The notes under the pieces were generated by a model. The model did not search any database. It was not told where the DNA came from and saw nothing but the letters and a program-made list of their open reading frames with translations. Shown here one piece after another: positions 21,840 to 34,282 of a DNA stretch of 64,000 nt. Position 1 is the first letter of the stretch. Every line of letters begins with the position of its first letter. Origin of the DNA: Mobula hypostoma (Eukaryota); contig NW_026948140.1 of NCBI RefSeq assembly GCF_963921235.1, positions 62,001-126,000 on the forward strand, written 5' to 3'. Made by a program: the position numbers and the translations under genes.

Positions 21840-24720
21840 TTTGCAGGATTCCCTGAAGGTTAACTTGCATGTTAAGTGGGTAGAAAGGAAGACAAATGCA
21901 ATGTTAGCATTTATTTAGAGAGGATTAGAATAAAAGAGCAAGAATGTATAAGATGATGAGAGGCATTGATTGTGTGGAAGGTCAGAGGCTTTTTCCCATT
22001 CCTGAAATGGCTAACATGAGGAGGCATAGTTTTAAGGTGCTTGCAAGTAGGTACAAGGGGGATATCAAAGGTAAGTTCTTCACACAGAGAGTGGTGGGTG
22101 TGTGGAATGCACTGCCAGCAACAGTGGTAGAGGTGGATACAATAGGATCTTTTAAAAGATTCTTAAATAGGTACATGGAGCTTAGAAAAATAGAGGGCTT
22201 TGTGGTAGGGAACTTCTGGGCAGTTTCTAGAGTAAGTTGCATGGTCGGTAAAACATTGTGGGCCGAAGGGCCTGTATTGTGCTGTAGATTTCTATGTTCT
22301 ATGTAATGCTGAGGCTTTATGAGGCATTGGTAGGGCACACATAGAACATGTTGAGAAGTTTTGGGCTCCTCATCTAAGAAACGATGTGCTGACATTGCAG
22401 AGGGTTCAAGGAGCTTCAGGAAAATGCTTCCAGGATTGAAAGGCTTGTCATATAAAGAGTATTTGATGATTCTGGGCCTCTACTCACTGGAATTCAGAAG
22501 AATGTGGTGTGCCTCAGGGATCTGTACTGGGTCCAATGTTGTTTGTCATATATATTAATGATCCGGATGATGGGGTGATAAATTGGATTAGTAAGTATGC
22601 AGATGATACTAAAACAGTTGGATTAGTGAATAATGAAGTAGGTTTTCAAAGCTTGCAGAAAGATTTAGGCCAGTTAGAAGAGTGGTCTGAAAGATGGCAG
22701 ATGGAATTTAATACTGATAAATATGAGGTGCTGCATTTTGGTAGGACTCATCAAAATAGGACATACATGTTAAATGGCAGGGCATTGAAGAATGAAGTAG
22801 AACAGAGGGATCTAGGAATAATGGTGTATAGTTCCCTGAAGGTGGAATCTCATGTGGATAGGGTGGTGAAGAAAGCTTTTGGTATGCTGGCCTTTATAAA
22901 TCAGAGCATTGAGTATAGGAGTTGGGATGTAATGTTGAAATTGTACAAGGCATTGGTAAGGCCAAATGTGGAGTACTGTGTAGAGTTTTGGTCACCGAAT
23001 TATAGGAAAGATGTCAACAAAATTGAGAGTACAGAGAAGATTTACTGGAATGTTACCTGGGTTTCATCTCCTAAATTACAGAGAAAAATTGAACAAGTTG
23101 TGTCTTTATTCTTTGGAGCGTAGAAGGTAGAGGGGGGACTTGATAGAGGTATTTAAAATTATGAGGGGGATAGATAGAGTTGACGTGGTTAGGCTATTTC
23201 TATTGAGAATGGGGGAGATTCAAACAAGAGGACATGAGTTGAGAGTTGAAGGGCAAAAGTTTAGGGGTAACATGAGGGGGAAATTCTTTACTCAGAGAGT
23301 GGTAGCTCTGTTAACGAGCTTCCAGCAGAAGTGGTTGAGGCAGGTTCAATGTTGTCATTTAAAGTTAAATTGGACAGCTATATGGACAGGAAAGGAATGG
23401 AGGGTGTTACGTACCCCGTAACTGGGTTGCCAAACCAGCAGAAATGGACCACTTAGTTGGAGTCTGGATTACTGGAGCTAAGAAAGTTTTATTAAAGAAA
23501 TAAGCAACACAGTACTCTAATCAAAAGGATATAAATGCAACAGTTTAGCAATGATAAAACACACATGTACACAGAACTAGGATAATAGGATCAATCAAGC
23601 TCTATCGCAGTCTAGGGGTAAATGATCAGTTTCAAGTGACGCAAAGTTCAGTTCAATTTAGTTCAGTTCAGTTCGCAGTAATCGCTGTTGTGCCGTTGGG
23701 GCGGGGAGAAGAGAGAGAGCGAAAGCGAATGAATATTCAAAACGGATTCCAAACAGACCTTCGATATTCCTCGCAGTTAGCTTTCGAGCGAGCCCTTTGT
23801 AATGTCTTCTGAGGTCACCGACTGTGACCTCTCCGTTCCAGATACGATCGTTCTTCTACGGTGAACCCGGCACCCAGGCAAGGGCGGACACACACACCAG
23901 GTTCCCGCCCGACTGTATCTTTCCACCCTGTGCGTCTATGGCTGGTCCCGCGACCAGACCTCCAAAACACACACCAACTTGTGGGGGCACACCGCTTCCA
24001 GGGTCTCGTTACCTCGTAGTGTCGTGTGTCTGTTGCCTTAGCGAACCTGTCCCTTCTTATCAGACTTCAAACAGTTCAGGTTTCAAAGCCACCGGTCTCT
24101 GACAATACTCGGAACTGTGTCTCCTTTTCGTTAATCCCTCTCGTCTCTCATTAACATTTCTGAATGTTCCCCATTGTCTTCTTTTCGGCATCAATCTTCC
24201 GATAATTTGGTCTGTCGTCACAAGGGTTAAGGGCTGAGTGAAGGTCGGAAGGACTAGGCGAGAGTAAGAGTTCGGTATGGACTAGAAGGGCTGAGATGGC
24301 CTGTTTCTGTGCTGTAATTGTTATATGGTTACATGGAATGAGGGTGACCTCATTGAAACCTATCAAATCTTGAAAGACCTTGATGGAGTGGATGTAGAGG
24401 GGATGTTTCCTGTCATGGGAGAGTCTAAGACCAGAACACACAACCTCAGAATAGAAGGACATCCTTTCAAAACAGAGATGAGGAGGAATCTTCCAAGCCA
24501 GAAAGTGGTGAATCTGTGGAATTTGGTGCCACAGGCAGCTGTGGAAGCCAAGTCTTTGGATATATTTCAGGCAGTGGTTGATATAATTTTCATTAGTCAG
24601 GGCATGAAGGAATACGGGGAGAAGGCAGGTTATTGGCACTGAGAGGGAAAATGGATGAGCCCCCATAAAATGACAGAGGAAACAAGAGGGGCAATACGGC
24701 CAAATTTAGCTCCTATACCT
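21840..24720 (+). mobile_element. Mosaic of decayed CR1 3' fragments
   Basis: ORFs 21944-22306, 22509-23123, 23140-23421 and 24325-24642 are all CR1 RT/C-terminal pieces. Confidence 0.85.
23405..24222 (-). mobile_element. Solo LTR
   Basis: tgttac...gtcaca with 4-bp TSD AGGG on both sides; interrupts a CR1 3' end; strand inferred from the related LTR at 34283. Confidence 0.88.
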
Positions 24721-24834
24721 TATGAAAATACGCGCAATTCTCCAAGTGAGGCCGCATCAGTGCAATGTAAAGCCTTAATGTTACACTCTTGCATTTATAT
24801 TTTAATTCACTTGAAATTATTGCTAACATTACAT

Positions 24835-27800
24835 ACACCCACCCTTCTATCCCAACATCCAGGTCGTTAATAAAAATTACGAAAAGTAGAGGTCCCGGAA
24901 CAGATCCTTGTGGGACACCACTAGTCACAATCCTCCAATCTGAATGTACTTCCTCCACCATGACCCTCTGCCTTCTGCAGGCCAGCCAATTCTGAATCCA
25001 CCTGGCCAAACTTCCCTGGATCCCATGCCTTCTAACTTTCTGAATAAGCCTACCGTGTGGAACCTTGTCAAATGCCTTACTAAAATCCATGTAGATCACA
25101 TCCACTGCACTACCCTCATCTATATGCCTGGCCACCTCCTCAAAGAACTCTATCAGGCTTGTTAGACACGATCTGCCCTTCACAAAGCCATGCTGACTGT
25201 CCCTGATCAGACCATGATTCTCTAAATGCCTATAGATCCTATCTCTAAGAATCCTTTCCAACAGCTTTCCCACCAGAGACGTAAGACTCACTGGTCTATA
25301 ATTACCTGGACTAGCCCTACTACCTTTTTTGAACAAGGGGACAACATTCGCCTCCCTCCAGTCCTCCGGTACCATTCCCGTGGACAATGAGGACATAAAG
25401 ATCCTAGCCAGAGGCTCAGCAATCTCTTCCCTCGCCTCGTGGAGCAGCCTGGGGAATACTCCGTCATGCCCTGGGGACTTATTTGTCCTAATGTATTTTA
25501 ACAACTCCAACACCTCCTCTCCCTTAATATCAACATGCTCCAGTACATCAACCTCACTCATATTGTCCTCACCTTCATCAAGTTCCCTCTTAAACTCAAA
25601 TTCTGCTCCTATACCTTATGTAAACTATGCGCAAGTCTCCAAGTGAGGCCGAAGAGAAGTATTCATTGAGGACCTCGCTCACTTCCACAGCCTCCAGGCA
25701 CATCTTCCCATCTTTATCTCTAATCGGTCCTACCTTCACTCTTGTCATCCTTTTTTCCTTCACATAATTGAAGAATGCCTTGGGGTTTTCCTTTACCCTA
25801 CTCGCCAAGGCCTTCTCATGCCCCCTTCTTGCTCTTCTCAGCCCCTTCTTAAGCTCCTTTCTTGCTTCCCTATATTCCTCAATAGACCCATCTGATCTTT
25901 GCTTCCTAAACCTCATGTATGCTGCCGTCTTCCACCTGACTAGATTTTACACCTCACTTGTCACCCATGGTTCCCTCACCCTACCATTCTTTATCTTCCT
26001 CACCAGGACAAATTTATAGAAACATAGAAAATAGGTGCAGGAGTAGGCCATTCGGCCCTTCGAGCCTGCACCGCTATTTATTATGATCATGGCTGATCAT
26101 CCAACTCAGAAACCCGCCCCAGCCTTCCCTCCATACCCCCTGACCCCCGTAGCCACAAGGGCCATATCTAACTCCCTCTTAAATATAGCCAATGAACTGG
26201 CCTCAACTGTTTCCTGTGGCAGAGAATTCCACAGATTCACCACTCTCTGTGTGAAGAAGTTTTTCCTAATCTCGGTCCTAAAAGGCTTCCCCTCTATCCT
26301 CAAACTGTGGCCCCTCGTTCTGGACTTCCCCAACATTGGGAACAATCTCCCTGCATCTAACCTGTCCAATCCCTTTAGGATCTTATACGTTTCAATCAGA
26401 TCCCCCCTCAATCTTCTAAATTCCAACGAGTACAAGCCCAGTTCATCCAGTCTTTCTTCATATGAAAGTCCTGCCATCCCAGGAATCTATCTGGTGAACC
26501 TTCTTTGTACTCCCTCTATGGCAAGGGTGTCTTTCCTCAGATTAGGGGACCAAAACTGCACACAATACTCCAGGTGTGGTCTCACCAAGGCCTTGTACAA
26601 CTGCAGTAGTACCTCCCTGCTCCTGTACTCGAATCCTCTCGCTATAAATGCCAGCATACCATTCACCTTTTTCACCGCCTGCTGTATCTGCATGCCCACT
26701 TTCAATGACTGGTGTATAATGACACCCAGGTCTCGTTGCACCTTCCCTTTTCCTAATCGGCCACCATTCAGATAATAATCTGTTTTCCTATTCTTGCCAC
26801 CAAAGTGGATAACTTCACATTTATCCACATTCAATTGCATCTGCCATGAATTTGCCCACTCACCCAACCTATCCAAGTCACCCTGCATCCTCTTAGCATC
26901 CTCCTCACACCTAACACTGCTACCCAGCTTCGTGTCATCCGCAAACTTGGAGATGCTGCATTTAATTCCCTCATCCAAGTCATTAATATATATTGTAAAC
27001 AACTGGGGTCCCAGCACTGAGCCTTGCGGTACCCCACTAGTCACCGCCTGCCATTCTGAAAAGGTCCCGTTTATTCCCACTCTTTGCTTCCTGTCTGCTA
27101 ACCAATTCTCCACCCACACCAATACCTTACCCCCAATACTGTGTGCTTTAAGTTTGCACACTAATCTCCTGTGTGGGACCTTGTCAAAAGCCTTTTGAAA
27201 ATCCAAATATACCACATCCACTGGTTCTCCCCTATCCACTCTACTAGTTACATCCTCAAAAAATTCTATGAGATTCGTCAGACATGATTTTCCTTTCACA
27301 AATCCATGCTGACTTTGTCCGATCATTTCACCGCTTTCCAAATGTGCTGTTATCACATCCTTGATAACTGACTCCAGCAGTTTCCCCACCACCGACGTTA
27401 GGCTAACCGGTCTATAATTCCCCGGTTTCTCTCTCCCTCCTTTTTTAAAAAAGTGGGGTTACATTAGCCACCCTCCAATCCTCAGGAACTGGTCCAGAAT
27501 CTAACGAGTTTTGAAAAATTATCACTAATGCATCCACTATTTCTTGGGCTACTTCCTTAAGCACTCTAGGATGCAGACCATCTGGCCCTGGGGATTTATC
27601 TGCCTTCAATCCCTTCAATTTAACTAACACCACTTCCCTACTAACATGTATTTCGCTCAGTTCCTCCATCCCACTGGACCCTCTGTCCCCTACTATTTCT
27701 GGAAGATTATTTATGTCCTCCTTAGTGAAGACAGAACCAAAGTAATTATTCAATTGGTCTGCCATGTCCTTGCTCCCCATAATCAATTCACCTGTTTCTG

Positions 27801-28680
27801 TCTGCAGGGGACCAACACTTGTCTTTACCAACCTTTTCCTTTTTACATATCTAGAAAAGCTTTTACAGTCCGTTTTTATGTGCCCTGCCAGTTTTCTCTC
27901 ATAATCTTTTTTCCCCTTCCTAATTAAGCCCTTCGTCTTCCTCTGCTGAACTCTGAATTTCTCCCAGTCCTCAGGTGAGCCACTTTCTCTGGTTAATTTG
28001 TATGCTTCTTCTTTGGAATTGATACTATCCCTAATTTCTCTTTGTCAGCCACGGGTGCACTACCTTCCTTGATTTATTTTTTTGCCAAACTGGGATGAAC
28101 AATTGTTATCCCTAACATCCCGGAAGAGATCTCTAAACATCGAACACATATCAGTAGTACATTTCCCTGAAAAAACATCATCCCAGTTCACACCTGCAAG
28201 TTCTAGCCTTATAGCATCATAATTTGCCTTTCACCAATTAAAAATTTTCCTGTCCTCTCTGATTCTATCCTTTTCTATGATAATGCTAAAGGCCAGGGAG
28301 CGGTGGTCGCTGTCCCCCAGATGCTCACCCACTGAGAGATCTCTGACCTGACCCAGTTCATTACCTAGTATTAGATCTAGTATGGCATTCCCCCTAGTCG
28401 GCCTGTCAACATACTGTGACAGGAATCCATCCTGGACACACTTAACAAATTCTGCCCCATCTAAACCCTTGGAACTATTCAGGTGCCAATCATTATCAGG
28501 GAAGTTAAAGTCATCCATGTTAACAACCCTGTTATTTCTGCACCTTTCCAAAATCTGCCTCCCAATCTGCTCCTCTGTATCTCTGCTGCTACCAGGGGGC
28601 CTATAGAATACCCCCAGTAGGGTAACTGCTCCCTTCCTGTTCCTGACTTCCACCCATATTGACTCAAAAGAGGATCCTGT
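24835..28680 (-). mobile_element. CR1 family B ORF2, interrupted by a family A copy
   Basis: ORFs 28231-28686, 25596-25916 and 24713-25561; collinear with 56447-59228. Confidence 0.9.
26017..28105 (-). mobile_element. Young CR1 family A copy
   Basis: Nearly identical to 17455-19550; tail at 26017-26030; short ttat duplication at the junctions. Confidence 0.94.
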
Positions 28681-28895
28681 TAGCACAATGCTTTACATAC
28701 CAGTGATCCAGGATGCATTACTTCCACTGTCTGTAAGGAGTTTGTACATTCTCCCTGTGACGGCATCGGTTTTCTTCAGGTTCTCCGGTTTCCATTGTAA
28801 ATTCTCCTGTGATCAGGGTTAAATTGGCAGAGTTGCTGGTCGGAGTGGCTCGAAGGGACTGAAGGCCTATTCTTTGCAGTATCGCAATAAAATAA
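28681..28895 (+). mobile_element. V-SINE-like SINE remnant
   Basis: gtaaggagtttgtacattctccctgtgac...ctccggtttcc resembles the V-SINE central domain. Confidence 0.6.
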
Positions 28896-29049
28896 ACCTG
28901 CAAATTAACCTTTTCGGAAGTGTTTAAACTGATTTGGCGGGGGATGGGAACTGGAGTAATAGTGCTGAGGATGAGGGAGTTTGCAACTCTCATACTCAAT
29001 GCTATCAAACAACAAATAAAATAAAAAGAACAATAAATAAAATCAAGTA

Positions 29050-29430
29050 ACCAGCCAGTACAAGCAACGTCCAGCAGTACAAAAGCACAACTCAGATGCA
29101 TGACAGCCATAAAACCAGTATTAAAGTAACAACATAACAAATTTATGGATGATGCTTGATCGATTGGTTCAGAGCAATTATAGCTCTGGGGAAAAGCTAT
29201 TTTTCAGTCTGGAAGTGCGGGCATAGAAAATCTTATAATGTCTGCCAGATGGAAGAAGTTCAAACAGATGATTGCATGGGTGTGTATTGCCCTTATAGAT
29301 GCTTGTAGCTTTCCTCAGGCAGCAAGAGCTGTCGGTGTCCGCCAGGACTGGGAGCTGTGTCCCGATGATCTTCTGTGCGCTAGAGATGACCCACTGAAGT
29401 GCTTTCCTATCAGCTGTATTTGTATCAAAT
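29050..29430 (-). mobile_element. Rex1/Babar 3' remnant
   Basis: DRKALQWVISSAQKIIG...FELLPSGR...RLKNSF. Confidence 0.75.
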
Positions 29431-29939
29431 ACAGGACTGAAGGTGTTGCATTTGAATGTATGCAGTGTATGGAATAAGGTAGATGAACTTGAAGAACTTT
29501 TACAAATGGGCATGTATGATGTTGTAGACATCACTGAATCATGGCTGAAAGAAAATAATATCCAGGAGCTTAACATCCAAGGATACACATTGTATTGAAA
29601 AGACAGGCAGGTAGGCAGAGGGGGTTACGTGGCTTTGTTAGAGAAAAATGAAGTCAAATCGTCAGGAAGAGGTGACACAGCATCAGAAGGTATTGAATCA
29701 CTGTGGGTAGAGCTAAGGAACTGCAGGGGTAAAAAGACCCTGATAGGAGTATTATACAGGCCCCAAACAGCAGTAAGGATGTGGTCTACAAATTACAATG
29801 AGACACGGATTGCCAAAAGGGCAATCTTACAATAGTCATTGGAGACTTTAATATGCAGGTACATTGGGAAAATCAGATTGGTGCTGGAACCCAAGAGGGG
29901 GAATTTCTAGAGTAGGTATGAGATGGCTTTTCAGAGCCA

Positions 29940-30170
29940 TCCGCAGTACCACTGATGCGGCAGAGAGGGCCTCAAGATGGCTGTGGCTTAAAAGAGGGGA
30001 GCCATGGAGTCATAAGTAGCTAGCCATTTGGACACAAACTGGGGTCTGATCAGCCCTGGCTGGGTCACTTGGAGGAGGTTGTATGATGTTGAAAGACCCG
30101 AAACACCCGATGATTCCAGGAACATCGCTGAAGATGTGTCCAGAAGCATCAGTAGATGTATGTACACAGA
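29940..30170 (+). mobile_element. 3' end of HERO-like (restriction-like endonuclease) non-LTR element
   Basis: Translates DAAERASRWLWLKRGEPW, followed by a gacccgaaacacc...gatgtgtcc 3' UTR. Confidence 0.6.
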
Positions 30171-30309
30171 ACAGTCCTGGTTAAGCCCACTAGGGAATCA
30201 ACTATTCTCGATAAGGTGCTGTGCAATGAACCAGAATTTATAAGATAGCTCAAGGTAAAAGAACCCTTGGGACAAGTGATCTTAATATGATAGAATTCAC
30301 CCTGAAATT

Positions 30310-31075
30310 TGAGAAGGCGACACTTCACCTGTCAGTCGGCTGGGGTGATATACTGCGTCTGGTGCTCCAGGTATGGCCTTCCATATATTGGCAACGCCCG
30401 ATGCAGGCTGGGGGACCATTTTGCTGAACACCTATGCTCTGTCCTCCAGAGAATGCAAGATCTCTCAGTGGCCACAAATTTTAATTCCACGTCCCATTCC
30501 CATTCTGATATGTCTATCCACGGCCTCCTCTACTGTCAAGATGAAGCCACACTCAGGTTGGAGGAACAACACCTTATCTTCCCTCTGGGTTGCCTCCAAC
30601 CTGATGGCATGAACATTGACTTCTCTAACTTCCATTAGTATCCCTCCTCCCCTTCACACCCTATCACTTATTTATTTATTTAATTTATTTTTATATATTT
30701 ATATTTTTCCCCCCTTTTTCTCGCTCTCTCTTTTTTCTCCCTTTGTCCCTCCTATAATTCCTTGCCTGCTCTCCACCCTCCGGGCTCCCCTCCCCACTTC
30801 TCTCTATCCTCAGGCTTCCCGTCCATTGATCCTCTTCCTTAGGTCTTAGATCCACCCCTCCCCTCCTGTCTTCTCCTATCATTTCGGATCTCCCCCTCCC
30901 ACTCCCACTTTCAAATCTCTTACTATCTCTTCTTTCAGTTAGTCCTGACGAGGGGTCACGGCCCAAAATGTCGACTGTACCTCTTCCTGTCGATGCTGCC
31001 TGGCCTGCTGCGTTCACCAATATTTTTTGTGTGTATTGCTTGAATTTCCAGCATCTGCAGATTTCCTTGTGTCTG
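30310..31075 (+). mobile_element. Penelope-like 3' fragment (GIY-YIG + terminal region, degenerate hammerhead ~30941-30977)
   Basis: VIYCVWCSRYGLPYIG; agtcCTGACGAggggtcacggcccAAAAtgtcgact. Confidence 0.85.
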
Positions 31076-31767
31076 CGTAAGTAAATAATTAAGAAGGTAA
31101 AGATGGAATTCTATAAAAGCTAGCCAATAATATTAAAGAGGATACCAAAAGTTTCTTCAGATAAATAATGTGTAAAAGAGAGGTGACAGTGAATATCGGA
31201 CTGCTGGAAAACATTGTTGGAGAGGTAGTAATGGGAGACAACAAAATGACAGACGAACTGAATAAGATTTTACATCAGTCTTCACTGTGGAAGATAGTAG
31301 CAGTATGGTGGAAATCCAGATGTCGGGGCATAAAGTGTGTGAAGTTACCATAACTAAAGAGAAAGTTCTTGGGAAATTGAAAAATCAGAATGTAGGTAAG
31401 TCATATGGACCAGACGGTGTACACCCCAGAGATCTGAGAGGTAGCTGAAGAGATCATGGAGGCATTAGTAATGATCTTTCAAGAATCACTAGATTCTGGA
31501 AAGGCTCTGAAAGACTGGAAAAGTGCAAATAACACTCCACTCTGATGGAATTGTTTGAAGAAATAACAGAGAATTGGTTGAGGTTGTATATTTGGATTTT
31601 CAGAAGGTCTTTGACAAGCTGCCACACACAAGGCTGTTTAACAAGCTATGAGCCCATGGTATTACAGGAAAGATTCTAGAATGGATAAAGCAGTGGCTAC
31701 AGAAGGAATTAGACAGATTAAGAAAGTGGTGCAGCCAATTGGTTTTAGAAGTCACAGGATAAATAAA

Positions 31768-32415
31768 ATGGTGATCACCATGTGGAGTCAAGGTGTTTCA
31801 ATTGATTATAGTAAAAATACACCTAAGCCTAATCCTTTGACTGCCCTATTTGGTGTTGTTGGAGGGAAAGATATCATTTTGAAGACATCTGATTTACACA
31901 TTCTGGCTTTTATCTCTCTTATGGCGAGGAGGATGCTTTTGTTGAAATGGAAGGATGCTGTTCCGCATAACCATGCTCAGTGGTTACAGGATGTTATGGC
32001 ATGCTTAAATTTAGAAAAGATTAGTTGTTCAATTTTTGAATTTAACCAAGGTTTTCAAAATTTTTGGGGCCCGTTTTTAAATTATTTTCATAATCTTTGA
32101 TTTCTCATTAAAGTACAGAAGCTGGTTAATAGCGTATTTTATTATCTGATGAAGTTTCTTTCCCTTTTTTTACTTTACCAAACATCTTCGACTTTGGTAG
32201 TGGGTATAGATTTTTTAGATAAAATTGTTTATATTCTAACATATGGATTAATCTAATCTATACGAATATAGGGTAAGGAGTTCATTAATGTGATTTATTA
32301 TAATATATCTGGTATTATTATATTTTTTCTTTTGTTTTATAATATGTATTTTCTTGGACTCTGTATTCTTCTATGTAGAAATTAATAAAAATATTGAAAA
32401 GAAAGAAAAAAAGAA
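31768..32415 (+). mobile_element. L1-clade LINE 3' end
   Basis: PNPLTALFG..LMARRMLLLKWK..F...WGPFLNYF; AT-rich UTR, AATAAA and A-rich tail. Confidence 0.8.
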
Positions 32416-33698
32416 ATTGCACCTGTATCTGGAAGGTCCAACTGCTGGTGAGTCAGTATCCTGGCAAAAACTACACCATGAAGACAAAAGAGCACTCCAA
32501 GCAACTCCGCGTCGAGGTTATTGAAAAGCATGAGTCAGGAGATGGATACAAGAACATTTCCAAGTCACTGAATATCCATTGGAGAACAGTTGTCAATCAT
32601 CAAGAAATGGAAAGAACGTGGCACAGGTGTAAATCTGCCTGGAGCAGTACGTCCTCAAAAACAGAATGACTGTGCAAGAAGGGGACTAGTGGGGGAGGCC
32701 ACCAAGAGACCTGTGACAACTGGAGGAGTCACAAGCTTCAGTGGCTGAAGTGGAAGAGATTGCACATACAACAACCATTGCCTGGGTGCTTCAATCAGTC
32801 ACAGCTTTATGGGAGAGTGGCAAAAAGAAAATCACTGTTGAAAGAAAACTCACATGAAATCTCAGTTTGCCAGAAGGCATGTGGGAGACTCTGAAGTCAG
32901 CTGATAGAAGGTTCTCTGATCTGATGAAACCAAAATTAAGTTTTTCAGCCATCAGAATAAACGCTGTGTTTGGCGAAACGAAACACCGCACATTATCAGA
33001 AACACACCATCCCTACTGTGAAGCATGGTGGTGTCTGCATCATGCAGTGGGGATGATTCACTGCAGCAGGCCCTGGGAGGCTTGTGAAGGTAGAGGGTAA
33101 AACGAATGCAGCAAAATACAGGAAACTCTGGAGGAAACCTGATGCAGTCTGCAAGAGAACTGCGACTTGGGAGAAGATTTGTTTCACATCTAGACAATGA
33201 GGCCAAGCATAAAGCCAAAACCACACAGGAATGGCTTAAAGAAAACACAGTTAACATACTGAAGTGGCCAAGTCAGAGTACAGACCTCATTCCAACTGAG
33301 AATTTGTGGCTACACTTGTAAAAGGTTACTCACTCATGATCCCTATGCAATCTAACAGTCCTTGAGCAGTTTTGTAAAGAAGAATGGGGGAGAAATTGCA
33401 GTCCAAATGTGCAAAACTGATAGAGACCTATCCACACGGACTCGAGGCTCTAATTGTTCCCAAAGGTGCATCTAGTAAATACTGACTTGAAGGGGGTGAG
33501 TAATTAAGCAACAAATTATTTTGTGTCTAATAATTGTTATGTATTTAGACCAATTTGTAGTATTTTTTCACTTTGACACAAGAGTCATTTCTGTTGATCA
33601 GTGTCAAAAAACCCAAATTAAATCCACTGTGATTCAATGCTGTAAAGCAATAATACACAAAAGCTTCCAAGGGGGGTGAATACTTTTTATAGGCACTG
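32416..33698 (+). mobile_element. Tc1/mariner DNA transposon, decayed, left end missing
   Basis: MKTKEHSKQLR..GYKNISKSL HTH; DNEAKH and WPSQSTDLIPTENLW catalytic motifs; ends ...cactg followed by TA. Confidence 0.9.
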
Positions 33699-34133
33699 TA
33701 TATTTAAGGCAGAGATTGATAGATTCTTGATTGGTCAAGGTATGGAGGGGTATGCGGAGAAGGCAAGAGATTGGGGCTGACAGGAAAATTGGATCAGCCA
33801 TAATGAAATGGCAGAGCAGACTCGATGGCCTAAATGGCCTAACTCTGCTCCTATATCTCATGATCTTATGCATGAAGACATCCAAGTCCATTTGTACCTC
33901 TGATCTTTGAATTTTCTTTTGATTTAGAAAATAGTCTACCCTTTTATTTCTTCTACCAAAGTGCAAGACCATACACTTCTTGACACTGTATTCCATCTGC
34001 CATTTCTTTGCCCATTCTCCTAATCTGTCTAAGACCATCTGTATCTTCTCTACTTCATCAAAACTTCCATCCCCTCCACCTATCTTCATATCATCCATAA
34101 ACTTTGCACAAAGTCATCAATTCCATCATCAAA

Positions 34134-34256
34134 CAACAGGAATTCTGCAGATGCTGGAAATTCAAGCAACACACATCAAAGTTGCTGGTGAACGCAGCAG
34201 GCCAGGCAGCATCTATAGGAAGAGGCGCAGTCGACGTTTCAGGCCGAGACCTTCGT
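34134..34256 (-). mobile_element. 123-bp Penelope terminal fragment
   Basis: Homologous to 30946-31070; 10-bp TSD catcatcaaa (34124-34133 / 34257-34266). Confidence 0.8.
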
Positions 34257-34282
34257 CATCATCAAAGTCATTGGCAAACAAG

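Noticed and set aside
30080..30145. GAAAC and CTGAAGA in the HERO 3' UTR as a possible type II hammerhead
   Set aside because: I could not form stems II and III around the core
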